Assembly: GCA_964016885.1 (NCBI GenBank)
Contig: OZ024751.1
Span: 48,422,001 to 48,486,000 of the forward strand
Direction of reading: 5' to 3'
Origin: Eledone cirrhosa
Taxonomy: Eukaryota
DNA length: 64,000 bases
Shown here: in pieces, positions 25,295-39,737 of the stretch
Position numbering within the stretch: position 1 is the stretch's first letter
Layout: each line of letters begins with the position of its first letter
Program-made: the position numbers and the translations under genes
Notes under the pieces: model-generated
What the model saw: only the letters and a program-made list of their open reading frames with translations
Database searches by the model: none
What the model was told of the DNA's origin: nothing

Positions 25295-26215
25295 CTAACT
25301 GGGGCATATGCATACATCTAATAGAAGGTTCAACATTCCACTTTAAACAAGGACAACATTTCACAGTTAAATACAACTTTACATGTGTATCTGGAAACCT
25401 AATCTGTTTTGACCTGCTCAGGTTGTCCAGAGCACTACATAGGACAGACGAAAAACAACCTCCGACAACGTATGACCGTCCATAGATCACAAATCAAAAT
25501 ACAGGAATACAGAAAGATTGCTTTTAGTGAACATATCGCCAATTGTGTACCTAACCAACATCCAAACTTTAAATTTTTCCCATTTACAAATTCATAGACA
25601 ACGCTTCTTTCATCCATCGTGCCAATAAGGAAACGTACTTCATTAACAAATTTCAACCTTTACTTAATGCACTAAACTTTGGACTAAACTAAAACTAGAA
25701 CGAACAATGAACCAAAACCAAATCCTTATGTTCTCTAAAGAGTTACCTCCCATACACCCTACCTAATCCTTTTTCTAATATAAAATGAATTACCCCCTCT
25801 CATTTCTCTCTCCCGTACCTGACCACCCTGAATTACCTCCCCGTGCATATTAACTCTCTAAAAAGGGAAATCATATCAAACCCCAGACTACCATTTGCCT
25901 CCATCACGGATCAACTAAGCACTCTTGCCATAATAACACATTTTGAACTGCTTATCTTCAAGAACTATGCCTGTAAATTTTTTCTTTCCCATTACCTTAT
26001 CATGTTCCACATTACCCCCTTTTTTTCTTTTTTCTTTTCACTTCAAAAACCTTGTTTGTAAATAACATTACTCTTTCTTCACCATTTCCTTAACATGTTC
26101 AACATCACCAACATTTTACACCAATACAAATTCCCTCCTTTGATAATGCATAAAATGCTGAAACCGGTAATAGACAATTATAAAATATATAAATAAATAA
26201 ATAAATGCCATTGGT
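25295..26215 (+). mobile_element. Decayed 3' part of a Penelope-like (Neptune-type) element
   Basis: Frameshifted GIY-YIG: FTCVSGNLI/LTCSGCPEHYIGQTKNNLRQRMTVH...FINKFQPLLN (25295-25690); starts at a TA run; pLTR hammerhead at 26136. Confidence 0.8.
26136..26173 (+). ncRNA. Minimal hammerhead, U3-A8 variant
   Basis: TTGATAA-t-gcat(aaa)atgc-t-GAA-accggt-A; palindromic stem III; stem I decayed. Confidence 0.6.
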
Positions 26216-26372
26216 AATTAATAAATAAATTAACTAATACCTTAATACTTCACACAAAGTAAAATATTTTGTTTTAAACATTTTATAACCCAGAAAAAAG
26301 AGAAAAAAATAAAAGAGAAAAAAAAAAGAGAAAAAAATTTGTTCTTCCTAATAATCGTCTTTTTCTCCCTAT

Positions 26373-26408
<36 letters not shown>

Positions 26409-26415
<7 letters not shown>

Positions 26416-26658
26416 AGAAAATCTGCTTCGTAGAATCAAGACGTATATGAGGACCTTGCGATATTCAGAGTCAAGTAGGATAATCACATCGATCGTGCCC
26501 CGAGGTGGTCGCCAAAGAAACGATTGTAATATGTCCAATAAATTCTATTCGTCGCAACACTGATTCTCTTTTTTTTCTGTGATATCATACTCTGCTCTAT
26601 GAGAGCATCGAGTGCTCATACAGCTTACCGCATACGGACGCTTTAAGCATCCAACAGC

Positions 26659-26661
<3 letters not shown>
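26409..26661 (+). mobile_element. (TA)n-embedded mini-element with a degenerate long-stem-II hammerhead (26440-26535)
   Basis: gacgtat-ATGAGGA-...-GAA-acgattgt-A-atatgtc; short inverted repeat atatcacagaaaa/ttttctgtgatat; 3' tail. Confidence 0.55.
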
Positions 26662-26754
<93 letters not shown>

Positions 26755-26895
26755 GTATATATATATAGTTGTACCTCTGTTTGTTGTCTCCTTGAACTAT
26801 ATACGTGTATATATGTATGTATATATATGTATATATATATATATATGTATGTGTATATATATATGTATATATATGTATATATATATGTATGTATG

Positions 26896-26991
<96 letters not shown>

Positions 26992-27039
26992 AATATATAT
27001 ATGTGTGTGTGTGTGTGTGTGTATATATTTATATATGTA

Positions 27040-27490
27040 TTAGGATTAGTGCTCTGAAATAGTAATGTATACATGAATGTACGCATATTATATTTGGCAA
27101 TATACCGTATGCTTAATTAAAAACATTTTGAAGACCATACACTATCAGTTTTAAAATAGTGACTATGTCACTTACTTCTTTTCTTCTTTTCAGAGCACCA
27201 ATCCTAATACCTAATTTTTGCTGGACCGGCAATCGCTCTGTATAATCAGCTCCTGATTATTACTGGAATTCTATAAGAATCCAGCTTCTTTAATCTTTGG
27301 CGAAAGCGGGGAGTACGTTGCTCTGATGATCGCCAACAGCGTGAAACAGACAGTTTGTTAGCTCCTCTCCCTTCTTTCGCCGAAGAAAAGTAGTAAGTGA
27401 CATAGTCACTACTTTAAAACTGATAGCGTATGGTCGTCAAAATGTTTTTAATTAAGCATACGGTATATTGCCAAATATATTATACATACA

Positions 27491-27495
<5 letters not shown>
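27040..27495 (+). mobile_element. Second copy of the 8812 retrozyme-like family
   Basis: Homologous but diverged; inverted arm about 27040-27185; in TA-rich arrays. Confidence 0.8.
27294..27386 (+). ncRNA. Type I hammerhead ribozyme
   Basis: gct-CTGATGA-t-cgc(caaca)gcg-t-GAA-acaga(cag)tttgt-T-agc; outer stem tctttggcgaaag/ctttcgccgaaga. Confidence 0.78.
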
Positions 27496-27568
<73 letters not shown>

Positions 27569-27864
27569 TATATATATTTATATTAAAGCACGACAGTCAC
27601 TTGAAAGCTAAAGCCACTTTCTACCAGATTTGTTTGAAAAATGGTAATTAGATTTCCCTTCTCTTTGTGTTGACAAGCTGGTTAGTGGTCGAACTCAGTC
27701 CGTAAAGGGACATAACACTATGCCGCAAAGTCTGACGTACGACACTCTAGTGACACTGCCAATCCAATCCATACATAATAATAATAATGTCACAAAGAGC
27801 AAAACTACATTTACACATATAACGATCAGACAAAAGATGAAAAATGATTATATATATATATAAT

Positions 27865-28270
27865 ATCAAGGTCAAGCAAATAGAGAAAAAGTTTTAAAAT
27901 AAATTTCAAAAAATTTTACAGTACTTACTATATGTGCCTTTACCGCGGTTTCTGATAAAAAAATAAAAGATAATCCAAGCGGATTTCCATTTGAACTAGG
28001 GAATTTTATATTCTCCGAGTGAGAAAAGCCTTCTGACGACGATCTCTTTCTCAATGGAAATCCGCTTGGATTATCTGTTTATTTTGGGATCAGAAATAGT
28101 AAGTACAGTAAAATGTTTTGAAATTTATTTTAAAACTTTTTCTCTATTTGCTTGACCTTGATTTTATATGTTCTGGCATGTTAATTTATTAACTTGCCAT
28201 CGAACCACACTGGCATACGGTTGGAAAATACTTGTATCCCTGTGTGTATTATTTACACATAGGAATATAT
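27865..28270 (+). mobile_element. Inverted-repeat mini-element with hammerhead halves split between arms
   Basis: Arms about 27865-27991 and 28053-28162; gcctt-CTGACGA at 28028-28039 (+); GAA-accgcggt-A-aaggc at 27936-27952 (-). Confidence 0.65.
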
Positions 28271-28275
28271 ACTTT

Positions 28276-28309
<34 letters not shown>

Positions 28310-28345
28310 TGGCAATATTACGCAAATATGACCCTCCCCAAGTAT

Positions 28346-28437
<92 letters not shown>

Positions 28438-28476
28438 GTATATAAATAGAGAGAGACAGAGTGAGATAGATAGATA

Positions 28477-28550
<74 letters not shown>

Positions 28551-28582
28551 AATGTATATATGTATATATATGTATACATATG

Positions 28583-28644
<62 letters not shown>

Positions 28645-28896
28645 TATATATGCGTGTGTGTGTATGTAAACCTTTGTATGTGTGGGTGTATATGTATATA
28701 TGTGTATACGTATGTATATATATATATGCGTCTATTTATGTATGTGTGTGTAAGAAAAAGTAATATTACAAAAGCAATAACAATAAGGGTAACAACAGTA
28801 AATAAACTACAAAAACCAAGTCAGGGATACAACACAATCGTTGTGTAGGATAGTGAAAGTGAAACTAGAAGAAAGATAAAGTAGAAATAATCAATA

Positions 28897-28942
<46 letters not shown>

Positions 28943-29099
28943 TCAGCAACAGCAAGAATGATAATAAAAACAATAAAATAATAAACACCGCACAATCAAT
29001 AAGTAAAATACAAGAAACATGAAAATATATAGAATAAAAAATAAGAAATAAATAAACGTGAAGATTAGGAAAGAAAACAGTTTAACAAATAAAAATAAC

Positions 29100-29205
29100 A
29101 TACAATAATAATAACAACAACAACAATAATAATAATAATAATAATAATAACAATAATAACAACATCAACAACAATAATAATAATGATAACAATAACAACA
29201 ACAGC

Positions 29206-29241
<36 letters not shown>

Positions 29242-29249
29242 AATAATAA

Positions 29250-29293
<44 letters not shown>

Positions 29294-29316
29294 TTAATAA
29301 TAATAATAATAATAAT
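29100..29316. repeat. (AAT/AAC)n microsatellite
   Basis: Compound run immediately 5' of the R4/Dong element. Confidence 0.95.
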
Positions 29317-32032
29317 ATCCTCAAAGCAACAGCAAATACGGTGAGGAAACTACTTGGTATAAAAGCGAGAGGAAACAACAGACAAGAAAGAGCAGAGCCG
29401 TGGTGGAAGAAGCGACTGAGTGGGCAAATCGGGGAAATGAGAAATGACATAGGAAAGCTTGAGTCACTACTGAATGGGACACTAAAAAACATAGGCACTA
29501 AAAATAGGCTGGAAATAAAACACAAAACTAGGAGGAAAAAGCTAAATATTATCATAGAGGAACTGAAGCAACGCATTGTAGCAAAGAGTGCAAAAATCAG
29601 GCGATACGAGAACAGAGTCAGTCAGTATAAACAGAACCGCATGTTCGACAACAACCAGAAGATGCTGTTTGGACAGCTTGAGGGGAAAGAAAGAGGCAAC
29701 GACTTGATCCCTGGGGCGGAGCAAACTAACACATTCTGGAGAGGAATATGGGAGCAGGATGTTAGACACAATGCCCAGGCAGGGTGGATTGAGACAGTAC
29801 AGAGGGAGATCGGTGAGCAGGCACAACAACAAACTGATTTGAGTATCACAGTTGAAACTCTTAAGGGGCAGGCCAAAAAACTAACCAACTGGAAATCACC
29901 AGGCCCAGATGGTGTGCAGGGGTATTGGATTAAACATTTAACATCCCTCCACCCGAAGCTGACGGCCATGTTCAATGACTGCTTGGTGTCGGGTGAGGTG
30001 CCAGAGTGGTTGACAAAAGGTACCACAGTTCTGATAATGAAAGACCGAATCAAGGGTAATGATGTTACCAACTATAGACCTATCACATGTCTGTCCGTAA
30101 TGTGGAAACTGTTGACGAGCATTGTGTCTGAGGAAATCTACCATCACCTCCACACAAACAACTTGTTACCGGACGAACAGAAAGGATGCCGAAAGAAGTC
30201 ACGTGGTACAAAGGACCAGTTACTTATTGATAAGATGGTAATGGGGAATTGCAGGAGGAGACACACTGATCTTGCCATGGGATGGATAGACTACAGAAAG
30301 GCATTTGACATGGTGCCTCATTCCTGGATCACCAAAAGCCTGGAGATCTTCAGGGTGGCAGATACCATCAGACAGTTGCTAGGCAGGAGTATGGGGTCCT
30401 GGGAGACAGAGTTGACATCAACTGGAGTATCCTTGGGAAGCGTGAAGATCAAGAGAGGTATCTTCCAGGGAGATAGCCTGTCCCCTCTGTTGTTTGTCCT
30501 TGCCCTGATGCCCTTGACCATTATGCTGCGAAAAGTGAGAGCAGGATACAAGTTGGGAAGGGGAGAGCTTACCATCAATCACCTCCTCTTCATGGACGAT
30601 CTTAAGCTCTTCGGGAAAAGTGAGAAGGAGTTGGATGTGCTTGTTGACACTGTCCGTATTTTCAGCAGTGATATATGTATGCAGTTTGGTATTGGTAAAT
30701 GTGGAGTCATTGTGATGAAGAGGGGTAGGTTGAGCAGAAGTAACGGGATCCAGATACCAACAGGTGAGATGATAAAGGAAATTGACTCTGTGGAAGGATA
30801 CAAGTATTTGGGCGTTCTGGAGGCTGATGGCATAAAGAACAAAAAAATGAAGGAATTGTTAAGAACTGAATACATTCGGAGAGTAAGGAGCGTATTGAAG
30901 TCACATCTGAACAGCAGAAATGCCATAAGCGCAGTAAATTCCCGAGCTGTGTCTATTATTAGGTACAGTGCGGGAATTCTGAGATGGAATGTTGCTGAAC
31001 AAAAAGAAATGGATAGGAAGACTAGGAAGCTATTGACTATCTACAACATGTTCCACAAGAGGAGTGATGTCGATAGACTCTACCTAAGGAGATCTGAGGG
31101 TGGAAGAGGTCTTATCAGCATAGAGGACTGTGTTCAGATGGAGAAAAACAACCTATACAAATACGTGACCTATAGTAAGGAGCCAATGCTCAGAACTGTA
31201 CTGAAGGAGGGGACAGTAGGCCAGGGGATGTCCAAGGAGGAAATAACATCAAGGAGGAAGAGCAGCCTTAAGGGAAAATCCCTTCATAGTACCTTCTTTG
31301 AGAAAACTGAATTTAGAGATCCACAGACATGGAACTGGTTGAGAAGAGGAGACCTCAAAAAGGCTACAGAAGGAATGCTAATGGCTGCGCAGGAGCAGGC
31401 CCTCAAAACGAAGTGGTTGAAGCACCATATCTACAAGGAGGAGGCTAGCCCACTGTGCAGGATCTGTGGAGAGAGAGAGAGAGGAGACTGTGGCTCACAT
31501 TGTGTCCGAGTGTAAACACCTAGCACAGACCCACTATAAGGGCTGGAGACACGATGTGATGGGCAGGGTGATCCACTGGCACCTGTGCAAAGTAAACAAT
31601 TTACCACATTCTGAGAAATGGTATGAGCATAGGCCAGAGGCGGTGATGGAGAACAATCAGGTGAAGGTGCTGTGGGATTTTAGGATACAGACGGACAAAA
31701 AACTGGAACACAATAGACCTGACCTGGTGGTTGTGGACAAAGAAAAAAGATCGTGTCTGGTTGTGGATGTGGCCTGCCCGTTCGACACGAGAGTGCAAGA
31801 GAAGGAGAGGGAGAAAATTAACCGATACCAGGACCTAAAGTGGGAGGTGAAAAGGATTTGGAACTGCCATGAAGTCAAAGTGATCCCGATTGTCATAGGC
31901 GCACTGGGGACTATCTCCAAAAGTTTCCAGGGATGGTTAAAGAAAATCGGCCCCTTCACGCTTTTTGGAACGCTTCAAAAGGCATGCTTGCTTGGAACAG
32001 CAAGAACCCTCCGATACGTCCTGAATATCTGA
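29317..32032 (+). pseudogene. RT-RLE polyprotein with one frameshift near 31470-31483
   Basis: WKSPGPDG, YRPITCL, DYRKAFD, GIFQGDSLSP, FMDDLKL; CRICG/EETVAHIVSEC, RHD, PDLVVVD..LVVDVACP, KINRYQDL; joins ORFs 29341-31515 and 31466-32032. Confidence 0.88.
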
Positions 32033-32108
32033 GGCTGCAGGTAGTGGCTTGATATTCAATCCAACGGACTTTGCAGTTAACCAACATCAATGACTGAGAT
32101 TCAAGGAA
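29317..32108 (+). mobile_element. R4/Dong-clade RLE non-LTR retrotransposon, 5'-truncated, in (AAT)n
   Basis: RT plus CCHC plus PD-(D/E)xK-type endonuclease; short 3' UTR; (AAT)n on both flanks, consistent with Dong-type (TAA)n targeting. Confidence 0.88.
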
Positions 32109-32118
32109 TAACAACAAC

Positions 32119-32157
<39 letters not shown>

Positions 32158-32406
32158 AAGAGCTGAAAATTCTCCAATAGCAGCAGACATATCTATCTTA
32201 ATGACGGGTCTTTAGGAATAATTCTGATGTTGTTCATTGGAAACGCCAGCATATTTCTGTGATAAAATACTTGTATCGTCTCTATCTATCAAACAAACTA
32301 GTTTGGCTTATTTAGTTTTCTTTCCCTCTAATCACTTTGGTCATTATTTTTACCCTGGTACGTCAGTAAATATGGCTCGTAGGTATGTTATTGTGTTGTT
32401 TCCACC

Positions 32407-32530
32407 TTCTTCTTCTTCTTCTTCTTCTTCTTCTTCTTCTTCTTCTTCTTCTTCTTCTTCTTCTTCTTCTTCTTCTTCTTCTTCTTCTTCTTCTTCTTCT
32501 TCTTCTTCTTCTTCTTCTTCTTCTTCTTCT
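32407..32530. repeat. (TTC)n microsatellite
   Basis: Perfect run. Confidence 0.95.
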
Positions 32531-32745
32531 ACCCCGCCCCCAGCTTTCTCCTTCTTCGCCCCCCCCCTGTCCTCTTGCTCCCCCCTCTTCAACCTACATC
32601 TCCTCCGACTCCTCTCCTTCCTCTTTGAACATTTTGCAATGCTTTATATTGTATTCGAAGATCTGAGTGTCTGAGTGAAATTTCAATCAAATCACACTGA
32701 CAACAAATACAGCAGCAGCAGTAGTAGCAGTAGAAATAATAATAA

Positions 32746-32824
<79 letters not shown>

Positions 32825-32826
<2 letters not shown>

Positions 32827-32884
32827 TTTCTTTATTAACCACAAGGGTTTACATAAAGTAGACATTAAGGACAGTACAGGACAA
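32825..32884 (-). mobile_element. 60-bp 3' tip of the (ATT)n-associated Tx1-like family
   Basis: Reverse complement matches about 1365-1423; embedded in (TAA)n. Confidence 0.85.
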
Positions 32885-33316
32885 CAACAATAATAATAAT
32901 AATGATAACAACCTATGATTTTATTGTCGCAAGATCCCACTAATGGTCAAATACTTCGTTCTTCGTCTGGTCAGTTATAAACAAACAAACGAATAATAAA
33001 AAAATAAAAATAAAATATAAATACGTGAAGCAAAACTAAACACACATCACACAACACACACATGTACATATATATAAATATATTCATACACACAAGCTCA
33101 TGTTTACTTACAAACATACACACTGAAATACTCCAACGCGGTAGCACACACACACACAAGCACAAACACATACTCACACACCCAAACACATATTCACAAG
33201 CATACATAGATACACACACACATATATATATATACGTATATGTATATATATGTATACATACATACATATATATGTATGTATATATATATATATATTTATT
33301 TATACATATGTTTATG

Positions 33317-33406
<90 letters not shown>

Positions 33407-34196
33407 TAAACACAAACAAACAAACACTCAACACACTAGCTCAAGCACATATTCACATACAAACATATATACTGAAGTACACAAACGTAGTAACACAAAT
33501 CATGCCAAAAGCCTGTAATAAAGCCGTAAATTATTGGCGAGAATATTTGAAGTAAAGAACGGCAGCCTGTTAATTAGGTGGACAAAGAAAGGTAAGAATT
33601 GACAGCTGAAGACGCACTAAATAGGTAATGGTCACGTGAATAATGTGTTCTTTGTATTGGCTGAGAAATCTGCGGGTTCAAATTTCAATAAATATATTTC
33701 ATTGCTTTTCTGTAGGTGATATTTCAATTTTAATTAAATACGTATCTATAGATAGTTAGATATGATAATATTTTGTTTTTATTTTGTGAGAAATGATATG
33801 ATTTGTTCTGGTATGAGCCGCAGGCTGTATATGGAGTGAAATGTAATCTATGGTGGTATAGGTTCCAGGCTGAAAACAGGGATAGTGATATCATCTGTGA
33901 TGGCATAGGTTCCTGTTTCTGTACGTTTACGACCTCTTTTATACCATAAACGTGGTTCTGTCTTTGCGCGTAATTGTTTTTCACCGCTCCTATTAATGAC
34001 GTATTATTCGTTTTTTCCCGTTCTTTGCCAGCGAACGTTACCACGAACCAAAGTATCGTCTTCCTGTCTTCCTCCGGTTGCAACGGTTTTTTGAAATATC
34101 CAGTTCTGCGTTTACAAATTGACTTTGTTAGTCTCAGAAGATCCCGTTAAGGGTGAAAGCAGCGATTCTTTGCTTAAACTTTAATCTGTTATTTTA

Positions 34197-34482
<286 letters not shown>

Positions 34483-34500
34483 TATATATATATATATATA

Positions 34501-34689
34501 TGAAAATATATGACCCCGACGGCAGAGCTCAAGCAGTTTCGACGGCTATTTCTCGACATAAATAGCCCTCGAAACGGCTTGAGGTCTGCCGTCGGGGTCA
34601 TACATTTTCCTATTACCCACTCTACTACCCTAAGTATTGAGTACTCTGGTGCGTTATGGTCCACCTGGTTCCTTACCCCAACTCCTTCG

Positions 34690-34691
<2 letters not shown>
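34501..34691 (+). mobile_element. Fold-back mini-element, family of 11419
   Basis: Palindrome about 34501-34610 plus tail; in (TA)n. Confidence 0.8.
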
Positions 34692-34765
<74 letters not shown>

Positions 34766-34874
34766 ATATATATATATATATATGTAATTATGAATATATA
34801 TATATGTACATATATATATGTATATATGAATATATATATGCATATATGAATATATATATATATGTATATATATA

Positions 34875-35073
<199 letters not shown>

Positions 35074-35096
35074 TTATATATATGTATATATATATG

Positions 35097-35126
<30 letters not shown>

Positions 35127-35127
<1 letters not shown>

Positions 35128-35292
35128 GCGTGTTAGTGTTTTGTATTTATCTATTTATTACGTACGTCCATATTAGTTTGGTTGTATGAAATATGTGTAT
35201 GGGTACCTGTATGTATATATGTATATATATATATATGCATGCTACTGTACGTCTGTATACATATATGTATGTACGTATACATACATACTTAC

Positions 35293-35349
<57 letters not shown>

Positions 35350-35428
35350 CGTGTTAGTGTTTTGTATTTATCTATTTATTACGTACGTCCATATTAGTTT
35401 GGTTGTATGAAATATGTGTATGGGTACA
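35127..35428. repeat. Local duplication of about 80 bp separated by TA-rich DNA
   Basis: tgcgtgttagtgttttgtatttatc...gtatgggtac at 35127 and 35348. Confidence 0.85.
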
Positions 35429-36728
35429 CACGTCTGCTTCTGTATTTACAAGCATATATTTATGTCTTATATATACACATATATACGTCATTATAGCTAT
35501 TATTGGTATAGTCGCTCCAACATCGAATTATCTGTGATGCTTGTCACTGAAGAACAAATAGATCGATAATGTAGATAGATTTATCCCGCTGATGCCTACT
35601 GCCTTTACTTTCAGTCTCATGAATATTTGATCAATCGGAGAGCCTTGCCTTGCTTGCAGATAATATTAAACATGTTTAATCTAAGAAGGTGCCGGTAGCT
35701 CCCTCTTTCGTTGGTTAACATAGACGAGGTGTGCCTCATATAAAGGGCGGTAATTCACAATTGATAAAGAATATAATTTTCCTGAAGAAAAACCACTGTA
35801 TTTAGTCATATGCAAAAGAATCAATGTTTAATGTAAAGCCTTTGATACTAACCCGTTCGGAACCGCCCCTGGTGCTACATGACAAAGCAGATTGATTTAA
35901 TGTATATCAATCTAAAACGTCTCAATCATAATTGTGTGTTAGGACATTTTGTTAAGTTACGTTCCAATGACCAACCTAATGAGAAAGTTGGTTATATTAC
36001 TAAATCACTGCAAATTCTTGATTAAATTCAACATTACTTTTAAATCACAGACTGTGTCTTCATTAGAAATATGGTAATGAAGTGGTTAATTAATAGCTTA
36101 GTTTTCAATATTGGATTTCTCGGTACATCCCCTGTCGCATTTTGCTTGGAAGAATATTTTTTTAAAGTTTGTAGCTAATTGTAATTGACTTGTTAGTAGG
36201 GAGTTAATATAATATTTAGCTTAAGATTCAACTCAGCTTTACATGTCCTAATCGATTGCTACCTAATGCATCGGTTGCATGCTTAACTACTTTGCAATTT
36301 GAAATCGACTAGTACAGCAATATGTTTGAAGGCTTCAAGTCAATCTTCTTTGCAATGAAGCATGAAATAACTGTTTTATCGTTCACGATGTAGCTAAAAA
36401 GAGTAAAAACATTGAGGTTTTCAGTTATATTGAACCTAGGTCATATTTAATCGCATATATCAATGTTCCATATCAAACTTTGCTCACATGTCAACACATC
36501 TTATCACTATCTTGTATAGAGGCTGGAATTTACTCCACAGCATACGATAACTTGAACTCTGTTAAACCTGGATCATATACCACCGCATGATATCACTGAC
36601 CCATCTTGGATTTTATACTCCTACAGATATCATTGATCTGTATTGAGACTGGAGCTTCCACCACAACAGATGATATCTATGTCCCGTATTCAGGTTGGGT
36701 CTCATACCACTACACATGGTATCACTGT

Positions 36729-36776
<48 letters not shown>

Positions 36777-36838
36777 TGGGTTAAAACTAACTGATTTCAA
36801 GACACAACCTAAACATAAATGTATATATATATATGAAC

Positions 36839-36879
<41 letters not shown>

Positions 36880-36918
36880 CATTGGAACATCTGACTAATA
36901 AAATGACAAGTCAGTCAA

Positions 36919-37170
36919 TTATATTGGTGGCCTCCCCACAGCCTCGGTGGACAGAATGGAGAAGGCGTTTCCCCGGAGGACGGCAAGGGTGACGCGCTGG
37001 AAAAGCTATTCCAGCTCGCGAGGCTCACACCTGCGGCTAGCCAGCTCAACGCCTATGGTGGTGCGTAGGGAGGTAGCCCTAGGGCCAAGAACAACAGAAG
37101 TCTCCACTGCCAAGGAGAGCGACCCGTATTTGAAGAGTTTGGCCTCCTCAAGCCGACGTGTGAGCCTGGG
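36919..37170 (-). pseudogene. CRE-like non-LTR retrotransposon C-terminal (RLE) fragment
   Basis: LAVETSVVLGP...EPRELE*LFQRVTLAVLRGNAFSILST; in-frame stop; GC-rich island whose 3' end lies near (TA)n. Confidence 0.65.
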
Positions 37171-38055
37171 TCTTATACCAACATAAATCATATCACTGCC
37201 CACAAAGACCGAGTCAGGTTTCACTCGTGTATAATATATTGAAACGTACTGATATTTCAATTCTCGGATTCATGAACTAATAAAACGAACTCATTACTCA
37301 CGTGACCATTAGCTATTCTGAGCCTCTTCCCTTGTCACTTTCTTATCTCCCCGTTCCTCCTAATTAACAGGACGTTATTCTTTTCTTCATATATTCTCCG
37401 ATTTTCAACAATAATTTACAGCCATTTTGACATGATTTGTATTCTTCTCTCTTTCTGTATGAATATGTTTAAGTCTAAGTCTGTGTATTTGAGCGAATGT
37501 ATATATTTTCGTGTGTTTGTTTGCGTGAATTTCTCTGAATATATTTCCGTCTTTATTTGGGTGTCTTTATATGTATCTATGTATATGTTTGCTTGTATTT
37601 AAATGAAAAAAAAAATGGGCATTCACACGGTGCTAATGCCTATATATTTCCAGTTCAAGAGGCTTATACATTCTTTTATTATTAGACTAGTTTCTGAGGT
37701 GAAAACGTACGGCGATGTTCTTAATTCAATTCAATTTTCAAACTCCATCTCCGCCTTCTAATCACGTGATGGCTACATATATAACAAACTTAATATGCAT
37801 ATATATGTGTGTGTATATATATATGTATACATATGTTTATATATTATGCCGATGTATGTATATATATATATATACATCTGCACATACGTATGTACACACA
37901 GATACACACATGCACACACACACGCACACACACACACACACATACACACATACACACACACACACACATATATGTATGTATATTTATATCTATATTCATT
38001 TACACAATATACATTACATATACATTGTTTTATATATATCTCTATATATATATAT

Positions 38056-38100
<45 letters not shown>

Positions 38101-38148
38101 CCGAGTATATACAAATGCATATGTTTACATATCTTGCTTCAGAGTGTG

Positions 38149-38246
<98 letters not shown>

Positions 38247-38529
38247 AGCTTGCATTTAATGTCGAAATTCAAGTTTACCATATAATGATGCACGGCTTAG
38301 AATAGCTTGTTGGCTGTTGTTGTTGTTGTTATTGTTGTTATTTGTTTTTCGGCTCTAAAGGATTATTCTAATCAGTATATTGGATGATTATCGATCTCTA
38401 TTTAATTAATAATTCCAACAGTATCCTGATTAATTTCGGGGGGGGGGGGAGCGATACTACCAACGAATTACGGCGTGGTCACCGACGGAATGTTGGGAGG
38501 TGTGTCAGCAATTTGTTTTGTTAACTGGA

Positions 38530-38874
38530 TGTATGTTGAGCTTTGAGGTATTTGTGTGTATGTTTGTTTTAGTATGTGTGTGTGTGTCTATTGTGTGTGT
38601 CTGTGTGTATATTTGTATGTGTGTGTGTGTCCATTGTGTGTGTCTGTGTGTATATTTGTGTGTGTCTGTGTGTCCATTGTGTGTGTCTGTGTGTATATTT
38701 ATGTATGTGTGTGTGTCCATTGTGTGTGTCTGTGTGTATATTTGTGTGTGTATGTTTGTTTGGTTGTGTGTGTGTGTGTGTGTGTGTGGTTGTTTTGGTG
38801 TGTGTGTTTGAATGTGTGTATCTGTGTATGTGTGTGTGTGTGTCTGTATGTGTGTCTGTGTGTGTGTGTGTGTA

Positions 38875-38924
<50 letters not shown>

Positions 38925-39159
38925 TGTGTGTGTGTGTTGTGTATGCTTGTTTTGGAGTGTGTGTTTGTGTGTGTATGTTTGTTTTTGTGCGTGTGTGTCT
39001 ATGTGTGTATGTGTGTATCTGTGTGTGTGTGTTTGTGTTGGTGTGTGTGTTTGTGTGCGTGTGTGTGTGTTTGTTTTTGTGTGTTTGTCTATGGGTGTGT
39101 GTGTGTGTGCGCGTGTGTCTGTGTGTGAGTATATGTATATTTGTGTGTGTATGTATGTT

Positions 39160-39197
<38 letters not shown>

Positions 39198-39260
39198 CAT
39201 GTTTGTGTGTCTGTGTGTATGTATTTTTGAGTGTGTGTGTGTGCGTGTTTACGTGTGTGC
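38530..39260. repeat. Degenerate (TG)n tract
   Basis: Imperfect dinucleotide repeat. Confidence 0.9.
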
Positions 39261-39354
39261 AAGCTTTTAGGTTCGCTGTTGTTGCTTGTGGTGCTTCGCC
39301 CCAGCCTCCGCTGATTAAGAGGTTTTACCCTCAAGAAATTCTGTCATTTGAAAA

Positions 39355-39475
39355 TAATTGTTTCTACTTCTACAAGGCGACCAATTTTCACAGTGTATTA
39401 CTGGTACTTTATTTTATCGACCCAGTAAGGATGAAAGGTAAAGTTTACCACTGCGGGATTTGAACTCACATCGTA
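39355..39475 (-). mobile_element. SINE family A, 5'-truncated
   Basis: Tail and core match; flanked by tgtcatttgaaaataat duplication. Confidence 0.8.
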
Positions 39476-39737
39476 AATTTGTCATTTGAAAATAATGTAG
39501 ACCTCGACCAATGGTTCAGAAACTTACTTTGTCACGCATCCTTATAGAATCTTTCAAAGTTTATGGAACCTAATTCAAACTTGGCTGGGATTGTTAACCC
39601 TGTTTTGTTGTTGTTAATATAGACTACAGACCCCAGAATCCTTTACATAACAGTCTTCTATGGTGATGTGTAGAAATATGAAGTAAGAAACAAGAACATG
39701 GATGGATGGAATTGGGACTAGGGGCGGGGTTTGATGG

